Shown here piece after piece: positions 13,251 to 26,336 of a stretch of 64,000 nt of DNA. Under the pieces are notes generated by a model. It searched no databases, had not been told where the DNA came from, and saw only the letters and a list, made by a program, of their open reading frames with translations. The DNA comes from Felis catus (taxonomy: Eukaryota). The stretch covers positions 205,222,001-205,286,000 of the forward strand of contig NC_058368.1 of NCBI RefSeq assembly GCF_018350175.1, given 5' to 3'. Every line of letters starts with the position of its first letter. Position 1 is the first letter of the stretch. The position numbers were made by a program, and so were the translations under genes.

Positions 13251-13739
13251 AAATAAACCAGATCATGTCGCTCCCAACTTAAAACTTTTTAATGGTGTCT
13301 CATTTCAAATAGACAAAATTCAGTCTTTACAATGCCCTGAAAAGTATTGCATGATTTGGCCCCACCTGAATAGCAGCAGTGCTATTAAGATATCATTGAA
13401 ATAAATTAGAAATTTAATCCCATTTATCTCCTTTCTACTTCTTACATTATTGTCTAAGTATAAACTGGGCTTATAATCTTAATTAGGAATACACACACAC
13501 ATACACAAAACACACATCTCTCTCTTGTTGCTAGGCAGGCCCATCTCTGCTGTGTACTTTTGCTACAAGTAAGTGACATTTTACCATGTAATGCATGCCG
13601 TGTCAATCAGCCCTGGGGGAAAAAGACAGCAGAGGCCACTTCCTCAATCATTACCAAATTTCACAAACTAGTAACTTTCTCAATTATTACAAAATACAGT
13701 AATATTCTGGGGGAAACATTAGGATGCTATAAGCAAGGT

Positions 13740-13870
13740 TTTATTCAAAAATAAACACAAATTAAAGACATTTTCAGGTAAAAACAAAAGCTGAGAGAAT
13801 TTGTTGCCAGCAGAACTGTACTACAAAAAAAGGCTAAAGCAAATCCCGCACACTAAAGATGAAGTTTACC
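13740..13870 (+). mobile_element. Ancient L1 ORF1 3' fragment
   Basis: 'aaattaaagacattttcaggtaaaaacaaaagctgagagaatttgttgccagcagaactgtactacaa' resembles the end of L1M ORF1. Confidence 0.7.
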
Positions 13871-14974
13871 AAGACACGCTCTATTTTCTTCTCAGCAACA
13901 TGTTCTATTCCTTCACTGCTTCCTTCCTCCAAAGGTGAGCCCTTGGGAATGGTTTGTTTCCCCCAGTCCTACTCACCTTCCACCCTCACCACCATTCATC
14001 CTAACCCACGCAGGTTGAGCACGCTGTGATTCAGTCCTTCCATTTCCCCAAACACAGTGTCTCCGGTTCACCTCCACTTCCTGAATATTATTTAGCTTTT
14101 CCATTGCAAACTCTCAGTCACTCTAACATTGTCTTTTTAGGGTTAAATATGTATATGCTTTGCTCTTTTTAGAGACCTTGGTCATGTTTAATCTGTTGTT
14201 CAGTCAGAACCCTGTTGTGATTATTTTGTCAGGAAGGTAAATGGATAAAAGTCTCCCTAATTCTTTGCTGATCCCCAACAATAGTTTTATTTCATCATGA
14301 CTGGGGACTGCAATCTTGGGTGACTTCAGGATTGCTCATCCCAATCACTTCCTCTCTGTTATGTATAGATGTTATTTCACTACTTACACTAGTTTTCAGC
14401 TATTTTGACTGATGTTTATATATACATTTTCAAGTTTATATATACATTTTTTCTAAATAAAAGCCCATGTATTTTCATTTTAAATTGAGAAATATAATAT
14501 GACCAGGAATATGTCTAGGTGTATGTTGTTTTTCATGATCTTGTTTGGGATTAAGGGAGCTTCATTAATCTGCCAAATAAAGTCTACATCTCGAAGAAAT
14601 TCTTTTTCTCTTACTTGGAACTTCAGATATTCATAATAAATTCAAAAATTTCCTGATAATATGTTATACTTTAACTTTTTCCTGAGAATATGTTATACTC
14701 CATTCATTTTATGTAAAACAATAAATAGATTCTATAAAGATGCTAATATACAGAAGTTCAAAAAGGATGACTTATTATCTATTGATTTCATAAAAACACA
14801 TCAAATAAAATTTCCCTAGCACAAGCAGTTTACAAAATATTCTAAAGCTACATGATGATTCTAAAATTAATAATTTGACCTGCATAGCAATCATAATATG
14901 AAAAAATAAATATACTAACTTGTATGCAAAAGCTATCATGAGCCATAATAAAACTGTTTGAATCATAATAATTA

Positions 14975-15175
14975 TTTTTTTAGTATTTATTTTTGAGAGA
15001 CAGAAAGCATGCAAGCAGGGCAGGGACAAAGAGAGAGGGAGACAGAGGATCTGAAGCAGGCTCTGCACTGACAGCAGAGAACTGAATATGGGGCTTGAAT
15101 TCAAGAACCATGAGATCATGACCAGAGGCGAAACGAGAAGTCAGATGCTTAACCAACTGAGCCACTCCAGCACCC
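14975..15175 (-). mobile_element. CanSINE
   Basis: Antisense SINE. TSD-like ataattatttt on both sides. Confidence 0.93.
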
Positions 15176-16824
15176 ATAAATAATTATTTTAAAATGGAAA
15201 CAAATGATAAAGAAAAAGAAAGGCCTAGTATAATACAGATGGAAAGGAACATTGATTAACATAATATTCTGCTGAAAGAGTGTACATAACTTAATTAGAT
15301 ATAAGCTCTTTTGAAAACATACATCATTAAGAACCACACAACCTAAATGAGAGGAGTTCACTGGACCCTATGATTTCATTCTTCAGTTATCCTTTCCCTT
15401 ATATCCCCATCTCGTAACCCTATATTAAAAGTTCTTGGCACTTATTATTCTGTCAAAGATTCCCCAGAACGCTCCTAAGAACAGAAGGGGAGAACTTTGC
15501 CTACCCCAAACACTGGCAGAATTGAGAAGTAAGAAAAATCTATTTTGATTTCTATTAGCTATTCATTTCTGCATTAGTTGCCTTACACTTTCCTGCAGGC
15601 CCCTAGGCCTCTCATGTTCTCTCTTTCACAGCAAAGAAATATCTGCTTCCAGGAAATAATATATCCTGGATTTACAGGCAACTCTGAATTTTAGGTCAAG
15701 AACATTTCAAATATCAACAAGTAAAATAGAGGGTACATATTTTACACTCAGAAAAATTTTACCTGCATAACACAAAGAAATAACACCCAAGTGGGCCACT
15801 TCTGATTGCATAAGACTATGATCCATTGCTCTGCATATAAGATGGATAGGCTTATTACTGGATAGGAATTTTGCATTTGTTCATTTACTCTTCAAAATTT
15901 TTTTGAACAATTAGTATAAGTCAGGTTGTGTTTTGGGCATTTAGGCTATAACTGAACTGATTGATATTCATGCTATACATAATCTATCCATGGAATCGAC
16001 ACATTTCATTTACTGGAATATTTTTGCTCTACCTCATCACCAAACGAACTAAACACTCTTAGAATGGATATAAGCCTAAAGAGTATGGAAAAAAAGAGAA
16101 GGGGACAAAAACCCAGGGAGAGGGTTACCAGGTTACCGGGGCACCGTTTCAGTGGTGTAGGAATGGCAGTGCAAACCTCAGATGATCCAAAGAGATGGCA
16201 GTCCCAGTCAGAGCTAGAAGTTAAAAGCTAATCAAGTGGTGTGTGAGAGAGTCTATGGGAGTAGCACTGGGTCTGAAGTTGTGGTTGACAATAGGAAGTC
16301 AGAGAGTTATAGGCAGAATCTAAGGTATAGAGCTAAGATTGCAAAATTGCACAGAACCACCTGGACAGTAGACCTGTCTGATGCAGAGAAACAGAATTGA
16401 CACTGAACAGGCCTAGAATAATCATCCAATATGCTGATGCTGGAAGAATAACCAACACATTTTGGTTAGATAGAATTTGTTAGGTATGTATCCATATATG
16501 GGTAATGCTCTCCCTAGTATCTAATTCCAGGTAATGAAGAAATGCATTGCATCAAATTCTATCATAGGTACATTAGGTCACAGTACTTACAATCCACAAA
16601 CCAGAGCATATTCTAAGGTAGCAATTACAGTGAGAGGCTATGGTTTCAGTGATTATTGCAAGGATGAGTTACCCATAGGAATTATGGAGCTTTATAATCT
16701 AGTCCAATTGTACCACAATCAGTTCTTAGTCATTTGGTAACTTCTTAAACCAAGCATCATGCTAGACACTGACTGGGGTTCATACATGAACCAGATGAAA
16801 TTTTCATCCTCATTATCTTCTTTT

Positions 16825-17058
16825 AAAGCAATATGGCATTAAAGTATGTGGACTTGAGATCAGCCAAATCCCAAATTTGAGTTCCATTCCTTCTGAGTTG
16901 CCATGGGCAAGTTACTTAACTATTTGATTCTTAGTTTTCTCAGGTGTCAAATAAAGATAATAATGTCCAGATCACAGGGCTGTTAAAGGTCAAACACAGC
17001 AAAGCATGTAGTGCCCTAATACTTTGCAAATTCTCAATAATTGTTAGCTGCTATTATT
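16825..17058 (+). mobile_element. MIR
   Basis: 'ccatgggcaagttacttaac...ttagttttctcaggtgtcaaataaagataataat...ctcaataattgttagctgctatta'. Confidence 0.75.
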
Positions 17059-17339
17059 CTTTAACTTTTTGTGAACAAGAACACACAGTTTTTGAGAACC
17101 CTATTACATGAGACTTGCTGCACATTAATTAATACCTGACAGCAATCTAGACTTCCTTCTGACACTTTTTGAAGAAATACTACTACTGAGCATTTGTGAG
17201 CTATGCTCATATTCAGGAACCTGTCAGAGCTCCTAACTGGTGAATTTGACATCTTAGTTAGAAATGCCAAATGTAAAAATTAATGAAACATAAACATATG
17301 AAGGATAGGATTGTTTTTTTTTCTTACCCAGAATACCAG

Positions 17340-17520
17340 TTTATTTATTTTTTTAATATAATTTATTGTCAAGTTGGCTAACATACAGTGTATACAGTGT
17401 GCTCATGGTTTTGGGAGTAGATTCCCATGATTCATCGCTTACATACAACATCCAGTACTCATCCCAACAAGTGCCCTCCTCAATGCCCATCACCCATTTT
17501 TCCCGCCCCCCCCCATCAAC
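17340..17520 (-). mobile_element. Short carnivore L1 3' end
   Basis: T-tail followed by 'aatttattgtcaagttggctaacatacagtgtatacagtgtgctc...gggagtagattcccatgattcatcgcttacatacaac'. Possible TSD ataccag/atactag. Confidence 0.9.
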
Positions 17521-19130
17521 ATACTAGATGCCTCCTAAAAACCCAGAAATAAGGCACAAGATGCAGAAGTGTGAAGCTTCTGAGTATAGAGCCACAGAAG
17601 GGAAGCAAAAAGATGCAGAGAAAAGTCCAAATGGGAGATACATCAGGTTAACTTCTCTGTCATTTGACAAGAGTCCAGGAGTGAAGGATAAGGCTGCCAG
17701 TGAAGGTGTAGGAGTGAAGGATAAGGCTGCTAGTGAGGGTGTACCACTAGAGCAAAAAAAAATTAGAGCAAAAAAAAAAAAAGGCAGGGTGGTGGTGAAT
17801 CTGGGCTAGAAATACAAAATCTGGTTTACTGTGGTTAGCGAAACTGGTGGTTTCTGTGCACTGTCAGATACAGTGGCTCATCAGCAGGGACTAACAATTC
17901 TAGTGGGAGAAAAAAAGATATGAATAAAGTCCAAATTGGAATAAATAGAACTTGGCATAGTTCTGGCCAGACTGAGGTAAACTGTGTTTGTCAAAGGTAT
18001 AGACTCTTTCTTAAGGTCTGAGTCTTTAGGGAGGATTCCCCCAAGAAGGAGAATGTCATGTCCAAAACAGTGCTATTTAAGAACTTCCCTGAGAACAATC
18101 TAGAATAAAGTATTAGATCAGTTTAGCTTCAGCTAAAACAGTAATAACCCAAGGTGAGAGAATGCTAACCAGTTCTATATTTATTTAAGTTGATGAGAAA
18201 AAAATCAAAATGCCTCTCCCTTATCCATTGTTACAAATATAAAAGATTTGTCCAAAAAGTTTTGATGTCTGAAACTAATCTGTTCAGCAATACAAATTAA
18301 CAGAATTTAGTAATGAAAATCTAAGACAAATGTATAGCATTTTATTTCATTGAAAAGAAAGATTTAAATATTAAAATCGTACATATAAGCAAAGCTTATA
18401 TATATAGCTGATTACTACTTAAAAATGAAATATATTCATATAAGTTCATATCATTCCAATATGGAATAATGTAGGAAAGCAATTAGAATGGGAAATAATC
18501 CCAGTAAAGTCAAAGGATCCTACCATATCAAGAGGAACCTTTCTCAAATAAATCACTCAACAAGTGAAATTTTGAGATTTTGGAAGCTACTGAAAAGAGG
18601 AAAAACAGAATTAACTGACATAGGAAGGGAGGTCAGGTAAATACGGACAATGTAAGTTATTTCTAAATCTTACTTCTTTAGGAACTTTATAAAAGTTCCA
18701 TTAGTCAAATCAAAAGAACTAAAGGGATTAACATGGCTTTAGAACCTTGCTTGTGGGTCAACTTTTGCCCATCAAAACAAGAACCACTTTAAAATCACGT
18801 CTCAGATAGCATAAAAGAAAAGATCTTTGAAACTTGTACCATGTTCCAGTAAATTTGCTTTAAATCAGAAAAAAACAACCCTTAATCTCTGAGTAGAAAT
18901 GTTTCACACTGTTGGCTCAGTTTGCTCAAACAAATCTAACCTATTACAATGTATCTGCAGTGTGAGGGTCTAGGGAAAAGGGGAAGGACCTGGACATCTT
19001 TTATGCCTTTCCTGATAATGGAGTCACAAAGAGGGTTTGTTTTCCATCCTTTCTTACGTCTAATAATAACCAGAACTAATGTCTAAATAGCTACAGAGCC
19101 CAGGATAACAGATCAAACAAGTAGAGACCC

Positions 19131-19400
19131 TGTGAAAGACAAAATGCATGGGACAATTAAGCAAATGAGTTTATTCAGGTTATTGCAATAGGGATAATAC
19201 CCATTAATGAGAAACATCTAAGGACTCATGGACGAAGGGCCTGCAGTTCTATTAGAGACAAGTATGAAGAAGAACGGTGATGGGTCCTACCTAAGTCATT
19301 GACAAATGATGGAGGGGAGTCTTATGTGAGGGCAGAGTAGTCCTTGGAAGGTAGTCACAACTCAGAACACAAAAAGGTAGGAACACAGGGCTCACGTGCA
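19131..19400 (-). mobile_element. Probable ERV1-class LTR fragment (MER31/MER90-like)
   Basis: 'tgtgaaagacaaaatgcatgggacaattaagc...tttattcaggttattgcaataggga' resembles an antisense LTR end. Confidence 0.45.
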
Positions 19401-20035
19401 GTGCTCACTGTTACCCCTTTGTATTCTTTTTTTTTAATTCAATTTTCAGCTGGTTTAAATAAAAGAGCTACTTTATTTTATATAATGCCACATTATTCTT
19501 ATTTACAAACTAAAGTAAATTGAAATAGTAAGTAGTACTATAAGTAGTACAAATAGTAAATTTAGAAACAACTATGATGGAAATGCTTTCAAATTTATGT
19601 TAAATAACAACTCAAATAATAAGTTGTTTTGAGTTAAAAACAACTCAAATAATAAGAAAAGGAAGTTTTTTAAAAACATACATTTGAATTCTACAGTGGT
19701 TGTTTTTTGCAGATCTCTAAAACCAAAGAACTAGAATAACAAAACTAACATTTTTTTTTCTGTGAATGAAGAATATACAATCCTTGAATCTGTTTCTTAC
19801 GCAGGGGTACTTTGTTTATTATTTATTATGGCAACTTTCAAAGATACACAAAGTCAACACAATAGCATAATGAACACTCACGTATCACAACCCGACCTCA
19901 GTAATTGTCACTATTCTGCCATTCTTATTTCTTTATTCCCCTGGAGGTTTTTACTCAAGTATTTTAAAGCAAAAAGTAAACAACACATTATGTAACCAAA
20001 AATACTTCAGTATGAATATTTAACGGCAATGACTT

Positions 20036-20250
20036 CTTTTCTAAATTTTTTTTATTTTTTAAACAGAGAGAGAGAGAGAAAAAGAGAACACAAGCAGGGG
20101 AGAGGAGCAGAGAGGGAGAGAGAGAATCCCAAACAGGCTCCACACTCAATGCAGAGTCTGAGGTGGGCCTCAATCCCACCACCCTGGGATCATGACCTGA
20201 GCCAAGATCAAGAGTCAGACACTCAACCAACTGAGCCACCCAGGTGCCCC
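20036..20250 (-). mobile_element. CanSINE, older subfamily
   Basis: 'gagccaagatcaagagtcagacactcaaccaactgagccacccaggtgcccc'. Confidence 0.93.
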
Positions 20251-20802
20251 TCAAATGAGTTTATTTGTTTAATAAACTTTTTGTTCAAATTAAATCCTAT
20301 TAGGGTTGTGAATATATTAAATCCACTCTTCAGATGGATCAAAGTTCCTGAGCACAGGTGGACCTCTTGGAGCTCCATCTATTTGGTCTCGCTAGTTCTC
20401 AGCATCCAATATGATTCCTAAGGAACAACCTTCAAATTCTAGGTCTATCCATAGAAAAAAATTATGACAACCCAATGGACTATGGTTCTAAAATACCTTC
20501 CTTAATTGGACATAAAGGGACTAAACAGAAAGAGATGCTCAAAGCCTAACTGATGAAGTCCACATCACTTCCAGAGTGCTGTCTTGGGGTAAAAGCAGAC
20601 CTTCTTCCTCCACGATAATTTTCAACCCTCAACCTCCATTTCAATTATTGATGTGTAAATCATTAGATATTCACTATTTCCCATGGACAAATTTATTCTT
20701 TTCAAATGTAGGATCTTTTAGGTTTATTCTTTCACCTTGGACCTCAAAATCACTTCCAACTTCCAGACATTATCAGGTTCTAAAGGAATAAATGTACATC
20801 TT

Positions 20803-21021
20803 TATATTGTTTTAATGTTTGTTTGAGAAAGAGACACAGAGAGACAGAGACAGAGTGTGAGTGGGGGAGGGGCAGAGAGAGAGAGGTAGGCAGAAAACCT
20901 GAAGCAGGCTCCAGGCTCTGAGCTGTCAGTACAGAGCCCAACACAGGGCTAGAACCTGAGACTGTGAGATCATGACCTGAGTTGAAGTCAGACTTAACTG
21001 ACTGAGTCACCCAGGTGCCCC
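20803..21021 (-). mobile_element. CanSINE
   Basis: Antisense SINEC_Fc. TSD aatgtacatctt. Confidence 0.95.
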
Positions 21022-22464
21022 AAATGAATGTACATCTTGAAAATGGTGGTGTAGCAAGAGCATGTTAGGGGGTCTTCAGGACAGGCTTTCTCCTTGAAGC
21101 AAGGAGAAGTTTGCAACAGAAGGCAAAAATGAGAAGGAAGGAAGAGAGCAAACATAAATTACAACTCCTTCGTAGTGTAGCCAAGGAATGTCCATGTCTA
21201 TGTACTGGATTAATTTGTCCAAACCCTTACAGAAGATCACACTGTTTCTATCACAGAGATATTTCAAGATCTGTGAGGCAAGAACATCAACTAAGTACAC
21301 TGTCCCTTTTCTAGGATTCACAAATTACATCTGAGAAAAATAGGAACATAGATCCCTTTTAATTTACCATCTACTCTCATCGCTTCCCTCAGCATTAGCA
21401 CTTTATTTTCTGAATAATTTTTATTCCTGTTCTTTGCTTGTATATCAGTTGAGATAATACTGGCATGACTTTACATACTAGCAGGCTCATTACTAGTTCC
21501 TGGTCATTTTTGTTTGTTTTTTGTATTTTATCCATTTCCCACAGAAAGACTCTAACATCTAAATCATTCATTAGTTTTGGTAGTAACCTAAATCTTTTCT
21601 TTTTATGTAATTTTTGTGAGTTGTTTAGATGCTGACTTTATTTATTAAGATGAATTGAGCATGGTAGGGGAGGCTTCTTGCTGATAGTTAATAAAGCTAA
21701 ATTTTATATGTGCAAAATGATCTCAGGGTCAGGGTAGATCTTATGGTTAAAAACATTATTATTTATCCTGGATTTTAAGCAGGGAACATTGCTGGTTAAC
21801 TTAGGAAACAGAACAAATATCTGGTCAACATCACCCTGATTTTGGACATTTAATGGTTTGTACATCTTGTTTGTCGAACTGAACTGGTTCACTTAACTCT
21901 AATGGCTGTTTTCAAGGTTAAATTCATTTTTAAGCCTTCAGCCATGGAAATGCAGAAAGCAAATGCTCACAGAATGGCAGCCTTCTAACATGAACATGGT
22001 GAAAACTTAGGTGCCCGTTTGACAATACAGAAAGGAATTATAATGTTGAAGCCCGTCTGAAGATTATCTGACTTACTGATTGGGCAACAAGTATGGAGAG
22101 TTTTTGGCACTATTTGACCAAACCCATATAAGCAATAGATTGCAATATAGAGAGGCTCCAATAATCTTACTATATTGAACTAGCTTGTTTAACAATCAAC
22201 TCAATAATAATCAGTATTCAAATTACAATGTTAAAACACTCAACTTTTTCAGAATTATTTCTACTCATTGAGACAGTGAAAATGGCAGCATTCAAACATA
22301 AGAAACACATTTACGTGTGCTGGGTAGGGCATTTTAGTATAACTTTTGAAATAAAGCTAAGATATTGTTACCTTAAAAGTAAAGGCCAAATGTATAAGGA
22401 AGGTTGTAAGGGAGTTGAAGTCTTGAGATACACTCTGATAACAGAAACATTGTGCTACTTTGTA

Positions 22465-22955
22465 ATTCACGTTTTTAACAATAGCATTGAGATATGCATT
22501 TAAGTACATAGTTCAATGCATTGTAGTATGTACACAGGGTTGTATAAGCGTCAACATAATGTAAACTTAGCCCATTTTGTTCCTCCCCAAACAAACTCTA
22601 TGCTCATTAGCAATAACTCCATACTCCCTCCTCCTCTGGGCTTCTGGTAACCATTAATCTTTTTTCTATCTCCATAGATCTGCCTATTCTGGATAATTTA
22701 CCCAAGTTAAATTACATAATATGTGGTTTTATGACTGGCTTCTTTCACTTAGCATGATGTTTTCAAGGTCCATTCACATTGTAGCATGGATAAATACTTC
22801 ATTACTTTTTATTGGCAAATAATATTCCATCGTAAAGATCTAATATATTCTGGGCATTTTTTCATTAGTTTGTAAGAATTTGTGTTATTATCACTTGTGG
22901 GCCAGTAAAAATAAAGCTGCTATAAATAGCTATGAAAAACTTTGTGTACACATTT
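22465..22955 (-). mobile_element. Ancient L1 (L1MB-like) 3' end
   Basis: 'ccattaatcttttttctatctccatagatctgcctattctggata...tggcttctttcacttagcatgatgttttcaaggtccattcacattgtagcatg'. Confidence 0.85.
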
Positions 22956-23245
22956 TTGTTTTGTTTTGCTTTCCAGCTTTATTGAGGTATAATTGACAAA
23001 TTAAAATTATATGTATTTAAGATGTACAACATTGTGATTTGCTATATAAATATATTGTGAAGTGATTACCACAATCAAGCTAATTAACACCTTTATCATG
23101 TCACATAGTTACCACTGCATGTGTGAATATGGTGAGAACACTTACCATCACTCAGCAAATTCCAAGTATACAGTATTATTAACTACAGTCACCATGCTGT
23201 CCACTGATCTCCAGAACTTGTTGATCTTCCAGCAGAAAGTTTGTT
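22956..23245 (-). mobile_element. L1MA9/10-like 3' end
   Basis: 'ccagctttattgaggtataattgacaaattaaaattatatgtatttaagatgtacaac...ccacaatcaagctaattaacac'. Confidence 0.85.
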
Positions 23246-23812
23246 TAATGACTCGGCTGAACTCTTTCTGTGAAGTCCATTTTCTCCAGTGTGCACAGCC
23301 TCTCTTGTCCCTACCCTACTGTCCCTAATGTTGTTTTATCTCTTATCTTGGGCACCCAGAGGTCATTCCAAGGTCAGAGGTTGTGTTCAAGTGCCTTAGT
23401 CAGTTAGATTTTTACCCTTATGCCACTGGATGTGCTGCAGCTTGGAGTATGCTGTCATAGCTCAGGTAGTTTACCTTGTTTGCCAATGTTCACCAGAGAC
23501 CAGGATCTCTGATGAGTCCTCTCCGTTATCTCCTAAGAAAGAACTACACACAGCCTTCCAAACTGCCAGAGATAAGTGTGATTTTAATTTTGAGCCTGAC
23601 TTCTGATGAGTCGTCGGAGCTTGTTGTTCAGCCAGTGTTTGTTCACAGCTTGTGTTTAAGTGCTTTTTGCCAGGAAGGTTTCCTCCTGTTAATAGGTCTG
23701 CGGGTGGCTCTGGGAATGCTAGACTGTGCCCACCACATCATGCTCTGCTCGCTCCTGAGCTGGTGAAGCCTGGGACATGTATGTGACCTTCCCAAACCCT
23801 GAGGTTGGCAGT

Positions 23813-24204
23813 TGTTCTGGACTGAGTGTTTGAGGGATGATGTCCCCCCTACTCAAATTCATATGTTGAAGTTTTCCCCCAGTATCTGAGAATGCGACTG
23901 CATTTGCAGATAGGGCCTTTAAAGAGACGTGGTTAAATGAGGGTGTTAGGGTGAGCCCTAATCCACCGTGACTGTTATCCTTTTGGGACAAAGAAATCTA
24001 CACACAGACAGAGGGATGACCATGTCAGGAAACAGCAAGAAAGAGGCCCTCTGTAAGCTAAGAAGAGAGGACTCTGAAGAAATCAAACCTACCAACACCA
24101 TGATCTTGGCCTTTTAGCTTCGAGACTATGAGAAAATAAATTTTTGTTGTTTAAGCCAGCCAGTTTGTCGTCCTTTGTTACGGTGGCCCTAGCCAGCTAA
24201 TACA
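23813..24204 (+). mobile_element. MLT1A/B-type MaLR solo LTR
   Basis: Starts 'tgttctggactgagtgttt', contains 'caaattcatatgttgaag' and 'gagaaaataaatttttgttgtttaagcca', ends 'ctaataca'. Confidence 0.9.
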
Positions 24205-24289
24205 GCAGTGATCCCAGGAGGCTCTTTCTCCAGTTCTATCTGTTATGCCACTTGGCTCATATCATGGAACTATCATCCTCCTCTTAATT

Positions 24290-25200
24290 ACTCTTTACTA
24301 AGATCTTTTCTCATTCCACTGGAATCTTGATTTTACCTCCTGACAAACCCACACTGGTTTCTCTAAAAATACTGGCTTCAAACTCACCGATTACATCCTT
24401 GATTTCATTTCCCATATTTATCTCATCTTACCAGTGTGCAGTATTTGACTCTGTTAACCTTTCCTTTCCTCTTTCCTGTGTTTTCTGAAATTACACTCTT
24501 CGGGTTTTCCCCCTATTTGTAGTTATCTTCAATATTGTTAGACAATTCATGTTCCTTGTCCAGGATTAACTCTTGATGTGCCTCAGAGTTTTGTGTGAGG
24601 TGCTCTTCTCTCAGTACGTTCTTCTCCCTGGGGAAGCTGACCCATATGCTGACGACTCCCAAATGTATGCCTCCAATCCAGACTCCTTTCCTAAATTCCA
24701 GACACATACACATACCTTTATCCTCAGCATCATCATAAGGATGTCCAGAGTTAACTCAAATTCAACATGTTCACAACTGGCCTAACAGCCTGCCCTTATG
24801 CCTAGTTCCCCTCTTGTGTTTTTCCTAACCCTCCTTTCTCACGCTTCATCCAAACCAACTAATCTAATCTCTTTAATAACTCTCCATCCCCTCCATTTCT
24901 CTCTCTCTTTATCTACTATCTTAGTTTAGGCTACCAACATTTATAATAGGAATGACTGTTATAATCTCTGAGTAGGTTTTTGAGGCCCCTGGTCTAGAAA
25001 TTTTCCATCCCCAACTTATTTTCTCCACTGTAGCTAGAGAAATCTTTCTAAAGTGAAAATCTAATTACATCATACTCCTCTTAAAAACTGTCATGGCTCC
25101 CCAGTGCTCTCAGAATAAAATCTATACAAGGCATTAGCTATACAAAATCGTTGTTGATTATATAATTTCCAACATCCATCTTGTCTCTCTTCCCACCATG
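24290..25200 (+). mobile_element. L2 fragments
   Basis: 'atatgctgacgactcccaaatgtatgcctcc...', 'tctccactgtagctagagaaatctttctaaagtgaaaatctaattacatcatactcctcttaaaaac'. Confidence 0.7.
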
Positions 25201-26113
25201 TTTTATTCACGCTAAAATTATTATAATTCCCTGAACATGAAATATTCATTTTTACCTAAATAATTTTTAATCCTCAAAGTCATATGGCTTTCTAGCTCCC
25301 CAAACTTTCATCAGTGGGCTACCTCCTACTCATATTTTGGGTTATAATTTAACTGTCACTTTCTTTAGGAAGCTTACTGTGACATATTCCTCAATTCTCA
25401 CTCCTACCTACAACTCATTTAGATAGTCTCATTGACTTTGATTTTCTCTATCAAAGTCCTTTTCCAGTTCACTAGTTTGCCTTCCCCATTAATCCATACT
25501 TTTTTTTTTAAAGAGAATGTGACCTATTCAAATATAGTATTGCCTTATAGAACAGTGACGTATACAAAATTTTTTTCTTAATTCATATTTCAGAATGAAT
25601 GAATGACTCTACCACCCTAACACATAGTAATGCTCAGTAAATAGTTACTGTCCTTCAAATAAACTATGATCTGTGTGTAAATTTTTGGATGTATTACTTA
25701 GCGCATCGATGAATGTGTAAGATTTGAAGTAGAGAATTTAGTAGAACTCCATTATGTATATCCTCTAACTTCTTTCCACTACTAAGATAAGGCAACTGAA
25801 ACTTATAGTGGAATCATCAATGATGTTATTCCCTGTACCTAGGATACTACCACAGTGACCTTTATTGTCATCCCATGGCACTGGTAAAGATTTTACTTTT
25901 TAGCAATACAAGATAAAATAAAAACAGTAGACTCCTGCTCTCCATCTGCCCTACAATCAATTTTTAAAAATCTGAATTAAGTTACAAATCCCAATTATTT
26001 CTGTCTTTATAATATTAAATGATTTATTTAATTGTTTCCCACTTTTAACTGACTATTCAAACACCACAATGTCATACTCTTTCATGAACTATCCCTGGGG
26101 ATTTTTACCATTT

Positions 26114-26336
26114 ATTTTTTATTTAACTTCTTTTAGTGTTTATTTATTTTTGAGAAAGAGAGACAGAGTGTGAGTGGGAGAGGTGCAGAGAGAAAAGAAG
26201 ACACAGAATCTGAAGCAGGCTCCAGGCTCCGAGCTAGTCAGCACAAAGCCTAACACAGAGCTCAAACCCACGAACCATGAGATCATGACCTGAGCTAAAG
26301 CTGGATGCTTGACTGATTGAGCCACCCAGGAACCCC
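26114..26336 (-). mobile_element. CanSINE
   Basis: Antisense SINEC_Fc. TSD atttttaccatttat. Confidence 0.95.

Larger units (their letters stand above)
11710..13370 (+). mobile_element. L2 element split by MLT2 and SINE insertions
   Basis: 'tactgatgatttccaaattttaatt...' before 11862, then 'cctacagctagaaacctgagaattatcctt...cagatcatgtcgctccc...aaaac' after 12662. Confidence 0.7.

Noticed and set aside
13041..15145. Inversion between the inverted SINEs sharing the 35-bp block
   Set aside because: Each SINE retains matching TSDs and the flanking L2 is collinear, so no crossover occurred.
22077..22179. Minus-strand open 103-nt segment ending at GTAAGT
   Set aside because: The acceptor is weak and purine-rich, and the translation is unrecognisable.
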